A stretch of DNA of 64,000 bases, from contig CAZREA010000003.1 in the NCBI GenBank assembly GCA_964599455.1, positions 31,026 to 95,025 of the forward strand, written 5' to 3'. Of this stretch, positions 8,476-16,562 are shown in pieces; position 1 is the first letter of the stretch, and the number at the start of each line of letters is the position of its first letter. The notes beneath the pieces are model-generated. The model made no database searches. It saw only the letters and a list, made by a program, of their open reading frames with translations, and was not told the DNA's origin. Position numbers and translations under genes: made by a program. Source of the DNA: an uncultured Gammaproteobacteria bacterium. GTDB taxonomy: Bacteria > Patescibacteriota > Patescibacteriia > UBA9934.

Positions 8476-9012
8476 ATGAAAACATTCCTTCGCGCTTACG
8501 CACGTATCCCGACCTTCTTGCGGAATTCTCCGTTTGAAATGTTCGGTATGGGTATTATCTTGGCCGCTTTAGTTTCTGTATTGGTGCCGACGAACTTCGC
8601 CATCACCGCTACCGACACCTCAGCACAAGAAAAAGCGATTGCGCTTGAGGTAAAAGCAATGCAAAACGAAACGGTTGCGTATGGCGTTTTGCCGACCGCA
8701 GATTTAAAAGATACCCCTGACACGGTTATGCATGTAACCGCCACGGCGTATAACAGTCTTGTCGGTCAAACTGATTCCACGCCGTTTATTACGGCCCGAG
8801 GAACGCACACTCGCCATGGTGTGATTGCGGCGAACTTCGTGCCGTTCGGAACGCTGATTAAAATCCCGGCAATCTACGGTGATGAAATCTTCGTTGTCGA
8901 AGACCGTATGAACCCGCGCTATACCCGCCGTATCGACATCTGGATGGAAGAATTAGCTGATGCGCGGAAGTTCGGTGTGAAGAATATTGAAATTGAGGTG
9001 TATTATCCGTAA
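8476..9012 (+). CDS. 3D-domain (MltA/YabE/RpfB-like) cell-wall-binding protein with an N-terminal signal anchor
   Basis: 'HVTATAYNSLVGQTDSTPFITARGTHTRHGVIAANFVPFGTLIKIPAIYGDEIFVVEDRMNPRYTRRIDIWME' matches the 3D-domain signature (three conserved Asp). The ORF-track start at 8401 is a TTG artefact; the ATG is at 8476. Confidence 0.7.
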   Translation: MKTFLRAYARIPTFLRNSPFEMFGMGIILAALVSVLVPTNFAITATDTSAQEKAIALEVKAMQNETVAYGVLPTADLKDTPDTVMHVTATAYNSLVGQTDSTPFITARGTHTRHGVIAANFVPFGTLIKIPAIYGDEIFVVEDRMNPRYTRRIDIWMEELADARKFGVKNIEIEVYYP

Positions 9013-9065
9013 AAAGGGATACAAAAAACCGGGGCGTTCGTCCGGTTTTTTGTTTCTGAGTTTCG

Positions 9066-9142
9066 TGGAGGCCACGGCCGGGTTTGAACCGGCGCATAGC
9101 GGTTTTGCAGACCGCTGCGTTAACCAACTTCGCCACGTGGCC
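9066..9142 (-). tRNA. tRNA-Cys (anticodon GCA)
   Basis: Reverse complement gives GGCCACGTGGCGAAGTTGGTTAACGCAGCGGTCTGCAAAACCGCTATGCGCCGGTTCAAACCCGGCCGTGGCCTCCA. Canonical cloverleaf with loop CT-GCA-AA and encoded CCA. Confidence 0.85.
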
Positions 9143-9269
9143 TTGATTATACACCAATCTGAACGAACAGTACCGTATCATAAAGAAGGTCGTTTTCGCA
9201 ATAAGTCGCCTCTTCGGGGAACGAGCGGTAAAGAGCGACGAGATGACCCGTGCGTTATACTTCTTGCGT

Positions 9270-11075
9270 ATGGAGGAACGTGATGGAGAAGAAAAAGAGC
9301 GCATTCCCTTAAAGGAATTATGGCGCATGTTGCGCTATGCATTTGTAGGAACGGGATGGCGATATGCGGGTATCGTTTTTTTACTTATTCTCTCCTCGGT
9401 TGCCATTATTGCCGAGCCATTGATCTACGGAAAAGTTATTGATCATGTGGTTGAGGCGGTGTCGCAAGGAACGTTGCCTTTGCTGTGGTCTGCACTCTGG
9501 CCGCTTCTGGTGATATGGATTGTTGCTGATATTGTGGGCAGTGCTTCTCGAGAATTGGCAAGTGCATATGGAATGCGCACGGCAGATAAAGTATGGTCGG
9601 TCTTTTGGAAAGAGACGTTGACAAATGTGCTTGCCTGGGACCCGGAGCGATTTACGAACGCTTCTGTGGGAGGACTGGCGAAAAAGCTTGATACTGCGGG
9701 AAGTTCGATGTGGCGATTATCAGGAACCTTACTACAGCAGGTGTTGCCAACGTTTATTTCCGTGATTGCATTTCTCGTTATCGGTTTTCATTTAGATTGG
9801 CGCATGACTGTGGCAGCGCTTTCGGGAATCCCATTGTTATTTTTAATGACGTTTTTTGCGGAGCGAAAGGTAGAAAAACGACAAAATGCCATGAATCAAG
9901 CCTGGGAAACATTTGCCCAGAAATTGGTTGAGATTTTTTCGAATATCGTTCCTATCAAAACACTCGCTGCTGAGAATCGTATGATCGCGATGCATACCGG
10001 TCTTGGCGAGGCTTCTTCTGTTCGTCAACGTCGCGTTAATGATCTCTGGGCACTTCTGGGTTTTAGCACATCGGTTGCACGATTTCTTACGCGATTTATT
10101 CTGCTTTTCGTAGGACTTTGGTTTATTGCTAATGGATCATTGACGTTGGGTACATTGGTTACTTTTATGGGCATGCTTTCCACACTACTCGCACCGTTTG
10201 ATTACATGCTCGCGGAAGTCATGAGACGTATTAGTGAAATTCGGTCAGCTTTTTCACGAATTCATAAGGATATCTCGCAAAAAAATGTCATCATCGATGC
10301 ACTCAGGGTAAAGAAGTTACAAAAAGTAAAAGGAGAAATCGTTTTTGATCACCTCTCTTACCGTTATCCGAATAAAGATCATAATGCACTCGACGATATT
10401 GTGTTGACGATTCCTGCCGGATCAAGTTTGGCGCTGGTTGGACCATCAGGAAGCGGCAAGTCAACACTCGTTCGTCTCGTGAATCGTTTTCTTGATCCAA
10501 ATCACGGCGGTGTGTTGCTTGATGGTCAAGATATTCGTTTGGTTCGCGTGGCAGATTTACGTAAAAATATCGGTGTTGTACATCAAGAAACGGTGTTGTT
10601 TAATGACACTGTGTTTGAAAACGTGCGTTTTGCAAAGCCCAAGGCAACGCGAGCTGAAGTTATCGAAGCATGCAAAAAAGCGCAAGCCCATGAATTTATC
10701 ATGCAGCTAGAAAAAACATATGACACGTTGATTGGTGAACGTGGTGTAAAACTTTCGGGCGGTGAGCGTCAACGGCTGGCACTTGCTCGGGTCTTTTTGG
10801 CCGATCAACCCATTTTAATTTTGGACGAATCTACTAGTGCGCTTGATTCCGAGACCGAACAAAAGCTGCAGCTTGCTTTACAAAAAGCGATGAAAAATCG
10901 CACGACAATTATCATCGCGCATCGCCTTTCAACAATCTTCATGGCCGATCAAATTGCGGTTATGTCCAAGGGAAAAATTGTCGAAGTGGGAACACATGGT
11001 GAGCTTTTGAAAGAAGGAGGACTCTATCGGCGTTTGTGGCAGATGCAATCGGGTAGATATATTGGGAAGGAATGA
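9270..11075 (+). CDS. ABC transporter, fused permease/ATPase (MsbA/ABCB-type exporter)
   Basis: Six TM helices followed by an NBD with Walker A 'GPSGSGKST', signature 'LSGGERQR' and Walker B 'ILILDESTSALD'. The start could be the ATG at 9243 or 9270. Confidence 0.85.
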   Translation: MEERDGEEKERIPLKELWRMLRYAFVGTGWRYAGIVFLLILSSVAIIAEPLIYGKVIDHVVEAVSQGTLPLLWSALWPLLVIWIVADIVGSASRELASAYGMRTADKVWSVFWKETLTNVLAWDPERFTNASVGGLAKKLDTAGSSMWRLSGTLLQQVLPTFISVIAFLVIGFHLDWRMTVAALSGIPLLFLMTFFAERKVEKRQNAMNQAWETFAQKLVEIFSNIVPIKTLAAENRMIAMHTGLGEASSVRQRRVNDLWALLGFSTSVARFLTRFILLFVGLWFIANGSLTLGTLVTFMGMLSTLLAPFDYMLAEVMRRISEIRSAFSRIHKDISQKNVIIDALRVKKLQKVKGEIVFDHLSYRYPNKDHNALDDIVLTIPAGSSLALVGPSGSGKSTLVRLVNRFLDPNHGGVLLDGQDIRLVRVADLRKNIGVVHQETVLFNDTVFENVRFAKPKATRAEVIEACKKAQAHEFIMQLEKTYDTLIGERGVKLSGGERQRLALARVFLADQPILILDESTSALDSETEQKLQLALQKAMKNRTTIIIAHRLSTIFMADQIAVMSKGKIVEVGTHGELLKEGGLYRRLWQMQSGRYIGKE

Positions 11076-11165
11076 AAATGGTGGAAAAGTTTTTGACAAA
11101 GATAAAAATGTGTGATGCAATAAATTTGCAGATGAAGGATCCTTCCTTTATTTCTGGTGTCAACA

Positions 11166-11327
11166 AAATCTCCCCAAATCCTCTTTTGGATTTTGGGGAG
11201 ATTTGTTTTTACGGGCGTGTGGAAGAAACGGTCTCTTCATCTGCTTTGACATCAGAAAAAGCCAGTTCGACTCTGGTCACGTCCACCACCTCCGCTTGGT
11301 TGTAAAACTGAGCGGAGGTGTTTATTT
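11166..11327 (+). ncRNA. Hairpin / tRNA-like gene / terminator module (copy A): 38-nt perfect hairpin (11166-11203), 76-nt tRNA-like cloverleaf with CCA (11213-11288), terminator (11289-11327)
   Basis: Acceptor GGGCGTG/CACGTCC, D-stem GAAG/CTTC, T-arm GCCAG-TTCGACT-CTGGT, ACCA 3' end. The anticodon stem is TCTG/CAGA with a C-U mismatch closing loop TTTGACA. Paralogous to 54798-54958 with compensatory changes. Confidence 0.5.
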
Positions 11328-11640
11328 ATCGCATCATTTTCGGCACGAGTTCAACGAGTTTTTTAGCGGTAAGTCCTTGCAGCTCGGCAAGACGTAGCGT
11401 ATTGATGAGCATTTTTACCGTTGCTTCTTCAAGATGTGCCCTGTCGCCGCCTTCACCGTGATCGGTATCTTCGCTGAAGGCTGAAATTTTTCCGAGAGAT
11501 TTGCCCATGTGTAGCACGTTGTGGCGTACGGCGAAGAGAAAGACTTCCTGTTTGGATTTGGCGGCTAAATCGGGATAATGCTCTGCGGTAAAGGTATATT
11601 TTTCTGCAATAGCATCAATCATGTGTTGAAGATCGGACAT
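11326..11640 (-). CDS. MazG-like nucleotide pyrophosphohydrolase family protein (104 aa)
   Basis: All-alpha protein 'FAVRHNVLHMGKSLGKISAFSEDTDHGEGGDRAHLEEATVKMLINTLRLAE' resembles the MazG/HisE-like EExxE core. Assigned by recall of the family only. Confidence 0.45.
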   Translation of the reverse strand: MSDLQHMIDAIAEKYTFTAEHYPDLAAKSKQEVFLFAVRHNVLHMGKSLGKISAFSEDTDHGEGGDRAHLEEATVKMLINTLRLAELQGLTAKKLVELVPKMMR

Positions 11641-11647
11641 AGTGTTT

Positions 11648-12055
11648 TTACCCTTCCAATAAAATACGAATCATTGGAGCTAATTCCATGTTTGCTAAAT
11701 TTTTTGGAATTGTTGCGCCAACATGTTTGGCGACATCAGCAGAAAGCGCGCCCGGTAGTAAATGCTTATTGACTTCGGGAATGCAAATGGTGATCGTTTT
11801 AAAATTCTCGTGACGTAATCCGCGATCAAGTCTTTCCGAAACACGTTTGTACAGTTCGGTAAGGCGATGTGCTTTCATGGCGTCTTCATTGGGTGGTGAT
11901 GATGTTTCGGCGGCCGGAGCATCATCGGGCATGATGATGAGATCGATCTCTTCAAAATCATGACCTTCGCCACGAAAGAATCGTGCCCGCTCGTTATTGG
12001 TGATGACAATCAGCGTTTTCTCTGGAAACCCTTGATAATGATCCGAGATGCGCAT
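11648..12055 (-). CDS. Host-attachment-protein-like (eRF1/Dom34-like fold, PF10116-type) protein
   Basis: 'TLIVITNNERARFFRGEG' matches the 'WVLVADGxRARIF' N-terminal motif of the Hap family. The longer ORF-track N-terminus overlaps the opposite-strand VIT gene and is rejected; start taken at ATG 12055. Confidence 0.45.
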   Translation of the reverse strand: MRISDHYQGFPEKTLIVITNNERARFFRGEGHDFEEIDLIIMPDDAPAAETSSPPNEDAMKAHRLTELYKRVSERLDRGLRHENFKTITICIPEVNKHLLPGALSADVAKHVGATIPKNLANMELAPMIRILLEG

Positions 12056-12081
12056 ACGACGTTTATTGTTTATAGCGTAAC

Positions 12082-12810
12082 ATGGAAACATGTGTTCGTG
12101 AAGCGGTATACTGGATGTATATGATCGGTTGGAGGGAGCGGCTGTCGGCAAATATTCGTGAAGTGGTTTTTGGTTTGGAAGATAGCTTTGTGTCGACGCT
12201 CGGAGCAGTGTCGGGTGTAGCAGTAGGAAGTGGGAATATTGACGCGGTGCTGTTAACGGGTTTTGTGATTGTTGCCGTGGAGGCGGTATCGATGGCGGCG
12301 GGAAGTTATTTGTCATCGAAAGCAGCGACAGAATTATATGCAGAGCGTTTCCAGCAAGATTCTGTGCGTATGTTGTCCGAACGACTTGATGATAAAGAGT
12401 CATTGCGTGATTTTTTTGCTCGTAAAGGATTATCCAAAAAAGAAGTAACCATCGTGACAGATACCATGACGCGCGAACGTCGTTTGTGGTTGAAGGAAGT
12501 GCAACGCTGTGAGTATCGTATGTCACCGGCGGTCGGCGATGCACCCCTCGTCGCTGCGTGTATTATGGGCATCTTTTATCTTGCTGGGGGTATACTGGTA
12601 TTAATTCCTTATCTTCTCCTTCCTCTCCCGCTTGCTTTACCAACTGCTATTTTATTAACCATGGCCATGCTCTTTTTCTTAGGCGTATGGAAGGCGTCAT
12701 TAGCTGGCATCAATCGTGTGCGTAGTGGATTAGAGATGGTTGTTGTTTCGCTTGCTGCCGCATTCTTAGGCATTATCATTGGACGCCTTTTCTCTCTCGC
12801 AAGTTTTTAA
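12082..12810 (+). CDS. VIT1/CCC1-family (DUF125) iron/manganese transporter
   Basis: 'VVFGLEDSFVSTLGAVSGVAVG' N-terminal motif, a cytoplasmic helical insert, and C-terminal TM helices 'LSLAAAFLGIIIGRLF'. Confidence 0.7.
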   Translation: METCVREAVYWMYMIGWRERLSANIREVVFGLEDSFVSTLGAVSGVAVGSGNIDAVLLTGFVIVAVEAVSMAAGSYLSSKAATELYAERFQQDSVRMLSERLDDKESLRDFFARKGLSKKEVTIVTDTMTRERRLWLKEVQRCEYRMSPAVGDAPLVAACIMGIFYLAGGILVLIPYLLLPLPLALPTAILLTMAMLFFLGVWKASLAGINRVRSGLEMVVVSLAAAFLGIIIGRLFSLASF

Positions 12811-12813
12811 TCT

Positions 12814-13809
12814 ATGTTTTTACATCGCCTTGGTCGGGTTCGTGCTCCCGAATTTCCCGCAGCACTCACCTGGTTGAACAGCAAATCTCTTTCTTTGCGA
12901 GATCTTCGCGGAAAAGTCGTCTTGGTTGAATTTTGGACATATTCCTGCGTGAATTGTTTGCGCGTGTTGCCGCATGTTGAGCGCTGGCACCAGGCGTATC
13001 GTGACAAGGGGCTTGTCGTTATCGGTGTACACACGCCTGAGTTTGCGTTTGAGAAAGATGAACAACACGTTGCGCGTGCAATGCAAGATAGTGGCGTGTC
13101 ATATCCCGTGGTGCTTGATTCGGATTATGTCACTTGGAAACTTTACGCGAATAATTGCTGGCCGCATCGCTACCTCATTAATCGAGAAGGATACATCGTT
13201 TACGATCACGCGGGTGAGGGCGCATATGCATCCACCGAACTCGCTATCCAAGAAGCATTAAAAGAAACCGGCGTTCGTGATTTTCCTGCCATTGGTCCTG
13301 ATGATTCTGTTGCGGGCAGTGTGTGTTATCGCACCACCCCGGAAACGTATCTTGGTTTTTTGCGCGGACATATGGGCAACGCCCAAGAGATTTTTCCTGA
13401 TACCGAAGAAGCTTTTACCGATAAAGAAGAGGTACATGAAGAAGGTATCCCGTATGTGCACGGGCATTGGAAAGTTGCTGGTGAATATGTTGAACACACG
13501 CGTCAGACCTCGGGAATGCATGAATATGTACGGTTGCGTTATCAGGCATTTTCTGTAAATCTGGTCATGGCTACGGCACACGGAAAAACGGCAACCATTG
13601 AGATTTCTTGCAATGGTCAGCCGTTGAATTCTGATATGCGTGGTGAGGATATTTTGGAAGAAAAAGGAAAAACCGTGGTCATTGTGCGAGAGCCGCGCAT
13701 GTATCGCCTGATCAATTCGCGTGCGTATCATCATGGTGATATTAAAATCGGCATCGCGGATGCAGGTGTGCAATTGTATGCGTTTACGTTTGGAGGATGT
13801 GAGGAATAG
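12814..13809 (+). CDS. Thiol-disulfide oxidoreductase (redoxin/TlpA-like, CxxC = CVNC) with a C-terminal beta-sandwich domain, DipZ-C-terminal-like
   Basis: 'VVLVEFWTYSCVNCLRVLPHVERW...VVIGVHTPEF' thioredoxin-fold motif. A C-terminal ~180 aa is similar in layout to the mycobacterial DipZ C-domain. Confidence 0.6.
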   Translation: MFLHRLGRVRAPEFPAALTWLNSKSLSLRDLRGKVVLVEFWTYSCVNCLRVLPHVERWHQAYRDKGLVVIGVHTPEFAFEKDEQHVARAMQDSGVSYPVVLDSDYVTWKLYANNCWPHRYLINREGYIVYDHAGEGAYASTELAIQEALKETGVRDFPAIGPDDSVAGSVCYRTTPETYLGFLRGHMGNAQEIFPDTEEAFTDKEEVHEEGIPYVHGHWKVAGEYVEHTRQTSGMHEYVRLRYQAFSVNLVMATAHGKTATIEISCNGQPLNSDMRGEDILEEKGKTVVIVREPRMYRLINSRAYHHGDIKIGIADAGVQLYAFTFGGCEE

Positions 13810-13811
13810 CT

Positions 13812-14963
13812 ATGCCCAATCGAATCTACCTCGACTATGCCGCTGCAACGCCCGTTGACCCACGGGTTTTTGCGGCGATGGAGCCGTTTTTGACGACGCA
13901 TTTTGGTAATCCTTCAAGCTTACATCAAGAAGGTGTTTTGGCGCGGAAGGCTGTTGAGGTAGCGCGCGAAAAAGTTGCGAGTCTTATCTCTGCACATCCG
14001 GATGAAATACTTTTCACAAGCGGCACCACCGAATCAGTAAATTTGGGAACGGTCGGTTATCTTTTAGCAAATAAAGAAAAGGGAAGAGAGGTTGTTGTTC
14101 CTCGAATTGAGCATGCGGCCGGGTTGGCATTATTGCGTGATGCATATTTCCACACGATTGAAGTGCCTACGCAAAATGGATCAATTTCGTCTGATGATGT
14201 CTTGGCACGAGTAACCAGCCAGACGAATCTCGTCTCGCTCATGTGGACGCAAAATGAACTTGGCACGATTGCGCCCATGCACGAAATCGCCGTCGGTCTC
14301 GAGCGTCTGCGCAAAAACAAAAAGACGCAGGCACGACTTCACTCTGACGCTGCCCAAGCCGTCGGAGTTCTGGATATATCAATGGAACGGTCTCCGGTTG
14401 ATCTCTTAAGCTTCGGATCGGCGAAAATGTACGGACCAAAAGGTGTTGGTGCACTCTTTGTGCGTCGGGGTGTCGAGATCACGCCATTTTTTGGGGGAGG
14501 AAGTCAGGAAAAGGGACGGCGTGCAGGAACCGAAAATGTACCGGCGATCATTGGCTTTGGTGAAGCATGTATTCTTGCGCAACAAGAACGTGCTCAGCGC
14601 ACGGCGCATTTGCTTGCTTGCAAAACGGCATTTCTTGATGAGCTTGCAAAGAGTGGAGTGAAGTACCGTATCAACGGCGAAGGCGAGATGACCCCACACA
14701 TCACAAACATCACGTTTTTTGGCATTGATGGTGAAGAATTGCTCATTCGTCTTGATGCGGCGGGCATTGCCGCCTCAGCTGCCTCGGCCTGTAAACAAAC
14801 GCGAGAGCGAAGTCATGTATTGCAAGCCATCGGTATGCCTGACGATGAGGCGCAATCAACGTTGCGATTTTCTTTTGGGAAACCGTTATCTGTTGAGGAT
14901 GCGACTCGCGCCGGAGCGTTGACGGGAGAGGTCGCGCTTCGTATGCTAGGGGCCAGATCTTGA
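13812..14963 (+). CDS. Cysteine desulfurase (class V aminotransferase, NifS/IscS-like)
   Basis: 'IYLDYAAATPVDPRV...GNPSSLHQEG' N-terminus, PLP-lysine region 'SFGSAKMYGPKGVGALFV', and C-terminal active-site Cys region 'ASAASACKQ'. Confidence 0.85.
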   Translation: MPNRIYLDYAAATPVDPRVFAAMEPFLTTHFGNPSSLHQEGVLARKAVEVAREKVASLISAHPDEILFTSGTTESVNLGTVGYLLANKEKGREVVVPRIEHAAGLALLRDAYFHTIEVPTQNGSISSDDVLARVTSQTNLVSLMWTQNELGTIAPMHEIAVGLERLRKNKKTQARLHSDAAQAVGVLDISMERSPVDLLSFGSAKMYGPKGVGALFVRRGVEITPFFGGGSQEKGRRAGTENVPAIIGFGEACILAQQERAQRTAHLLACKTAFLDELAKSGVKYRINGEGEMTPHITNITFFGIDGEELLIRLDAAGIAASAASACKQTRERSHVLQAIGMPDDEAQSTLRFSFGKPLSVEDATRAGALTGEVALRMLGARS

Positions 14964-14979
14964 GCTTTCTCACCTTTTT

Positions 14980-15246
14980 ATGAAGTACAAAATCATCGTT
15001 GACCCCGATCTGTGTATCGGTGCTGCGAGTTGCGTAACCATCGCACCCGAGGCATTTGTTTTGAATACGGAAAATAAGGCCGAGGTTCTTGATCACGGTC
15101 AGGAAATCGACGGCCCAAACTACGAACGTATCGTGGAACTTTCCGAAGAAGAACTTGCAAACGTCATCTTAGGCGCACAATCATGCCCGACGTTGGCAAT
15201 TAGTATTTTTGATGAGACGGGGAGGAAGCTGTATCCGGAGGTGTAG
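14980..15246 (+). CDS. Ferredoxin (small single-cluster 4Fe-4S/3Fe-4S type)
   Basis: 'KIIVDPDLCIGAASCVTIAPEAF...AQSCPTLAI' gives Cys ligands in a CxxAxxC...CP arrangement. Confidence 0.75.
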   Translation: MKYKIIVDPDLCIGAASCVTIAPEAFVLNTENKAEVLDHGQEIDGPNYERIVELSEEELANVILGAQSCPTLAISIFDETGRKLYPEV

Positions 15247-15374
15247 GAGATGGAAGAAGGCCAGTGGGCCACAACGAAAAGATCCCGACGCCAGGAGGGA
15301 CCCATCAAATCTCTAAGTTCAGGTTTCCATCTCCTAAAGAATTTTTCTAGGCCCTTCGCATTCGCTCAGGGTCT

Positions 15375-16562
15375 TTGCTCCTCAGTATGCAACACATAGT
15401 AATTATCGGCGGCGGCATTGCGGGTACATCCGCGGCCCAAGAGATTCGTGCAAAGAATAAAGAGGTTGAAATTACGATTGTCGAGCGCGAGGCAAATATT
15501 TTATATTCACGCGTTTTGCTTCCGCATTATATAAAGGACGTGATTCCGCGCGAAAAAGTGTTTCTCAAAACACTGCAATGGTACGAAGAGCAGCAGATAA
15601 CGCTTCTGACCTCGACTGAGGCAACGATGATCGATGCCAAAAATACATTTGTCAGTTTGAGCGATGGACGAGAGCTTCCTTTTGATGAATTGATTATCGC
15701 GACGGGGACTGAGCCGCGCATGTTGTCGTCGGACGCACGCGGTGTAGCATATTTATATACCCTTGCTGACGCTGACCATGTCAAAGCGTTGTTGCAAGAG
15801 ATGTACATGTTGCCGCTTGAGGAGCGTCGGGCAACTATTTATGGTGGCGGATTTATTGCCTGTGAGTTTGCCAATGCTTTTGCAAAATTTTCCATCCCCT
15901 TCACGATGGTGTTGCGAGGTAGTGGCTTTTGGTCGCGATCATTATCTAACGAGACACAAAGCTTTTTGCACAAATATATCGAAGCTCGTGGCGTGCGTCT
16001 TATCGTGAATGAACCTGAGCCAGAACTTGTACGTGACGGCGACCATTTGTGCGCCATTCGTTTGCAAAATGGTGAAGAGATCGTCTGTCGTATGCTGGGT
16101 GTGGGCATCGGCGTTTCGGTTGACACGATGTTGCCGGACGAAGCGGGAATCGAGACCGATGCGGGTATCGTTGCCGACGAACATCTCCAAACTTCGCAAA
16201 AGGGTGTGTATACTGCGGGAGACGCGGCTTTTTTTGCCGATGCACGCGTTGGCCGACACATCAGCTACGGCAATTGGCTCAATGCGCAGATGCAAGGAAA
16301 GGATCTGGGATCCCGCTTGGCGGGAGGAGAAGCGGTGTTACGCCCGGTTTCACAGTATGCAACTGATCTGCTGGGGTGTAAGATTGTATTTATCGGCGAT
16401 GTACAGCGCGAAAAAGCTGATCGGATTGAGCAGATAAAGGCAGATAGTGACGGTTGCGAAGAATACTTTTTCCGTGCAGGGAAGTTTGTTGGCGCCATTT
16501 TAGTTGGTGACGTAAGTAAGCGCGGTGAGTTGGTGAAGCAAATTGGCATTAAACAGATATGA
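15375..16562 (+). CDS. FAD-dependent pyridine nucleotide-disulfide oxidoreductase (ferredoxin/rubredoxin reductase-like)
   Basis: Two Rossmann GxGxxG motifs ('IIGGGIAGTSAA', 'IYGGGFIACEFA') and 'TAGDAA'. The more likely start is the ATG at 15387. Confidence 0.8.
   Translation: MLLSMQHIVIIGGGIAGTSAAQEIRAKNKEVEITIVEREANILYSRVLLPHYIKDVIPREKVFLKTLQWYEEQQITLLTSTEATMIDAKNTFVSLSDGRELPFDELIIATGTEPRMLSSDARGVAYLYTLADADHVKALLQEMYMLPLEERRATIYGGGFIACEFANAFAKFSIPFTMVLRGSGFWSRSLSNETQSFLHKYIEARGVRLIVNEPEPELVRDGDHLCAIRLQNGEEIVCRMLGVGIGVSVDTMLPDEAGIETDAGIVADEHLQTSQKGVYTAGDAAFFADARVGRHISYGNWLNAQMQGKDLGSRLAGGEAVLRPVSQYATDLLGCKIVFIGDVQREKADRIEQIKADSDGCEEYFFRAGKFVGAILVGDVSKRGELVKQIGIKQI

Noticed and set aside
8987-9328. 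ORFs 8987-9283 (+) and 8858-9328 (-) spanning the tRNA-Cys locus
   Set aside because: They overlap a canonical tRNA gene and a terminator and have no coding signals.
12056-12544. Long N-terminal part of the minus-strand ORF 11648-12544 (Pro/Ser-rich)
   Set aside because: It overlaps the well-supported VIT transporter gene on the opposite strand and has low-complexity composition. Only the C-terminal 135 aa (Hap-like) is retained.
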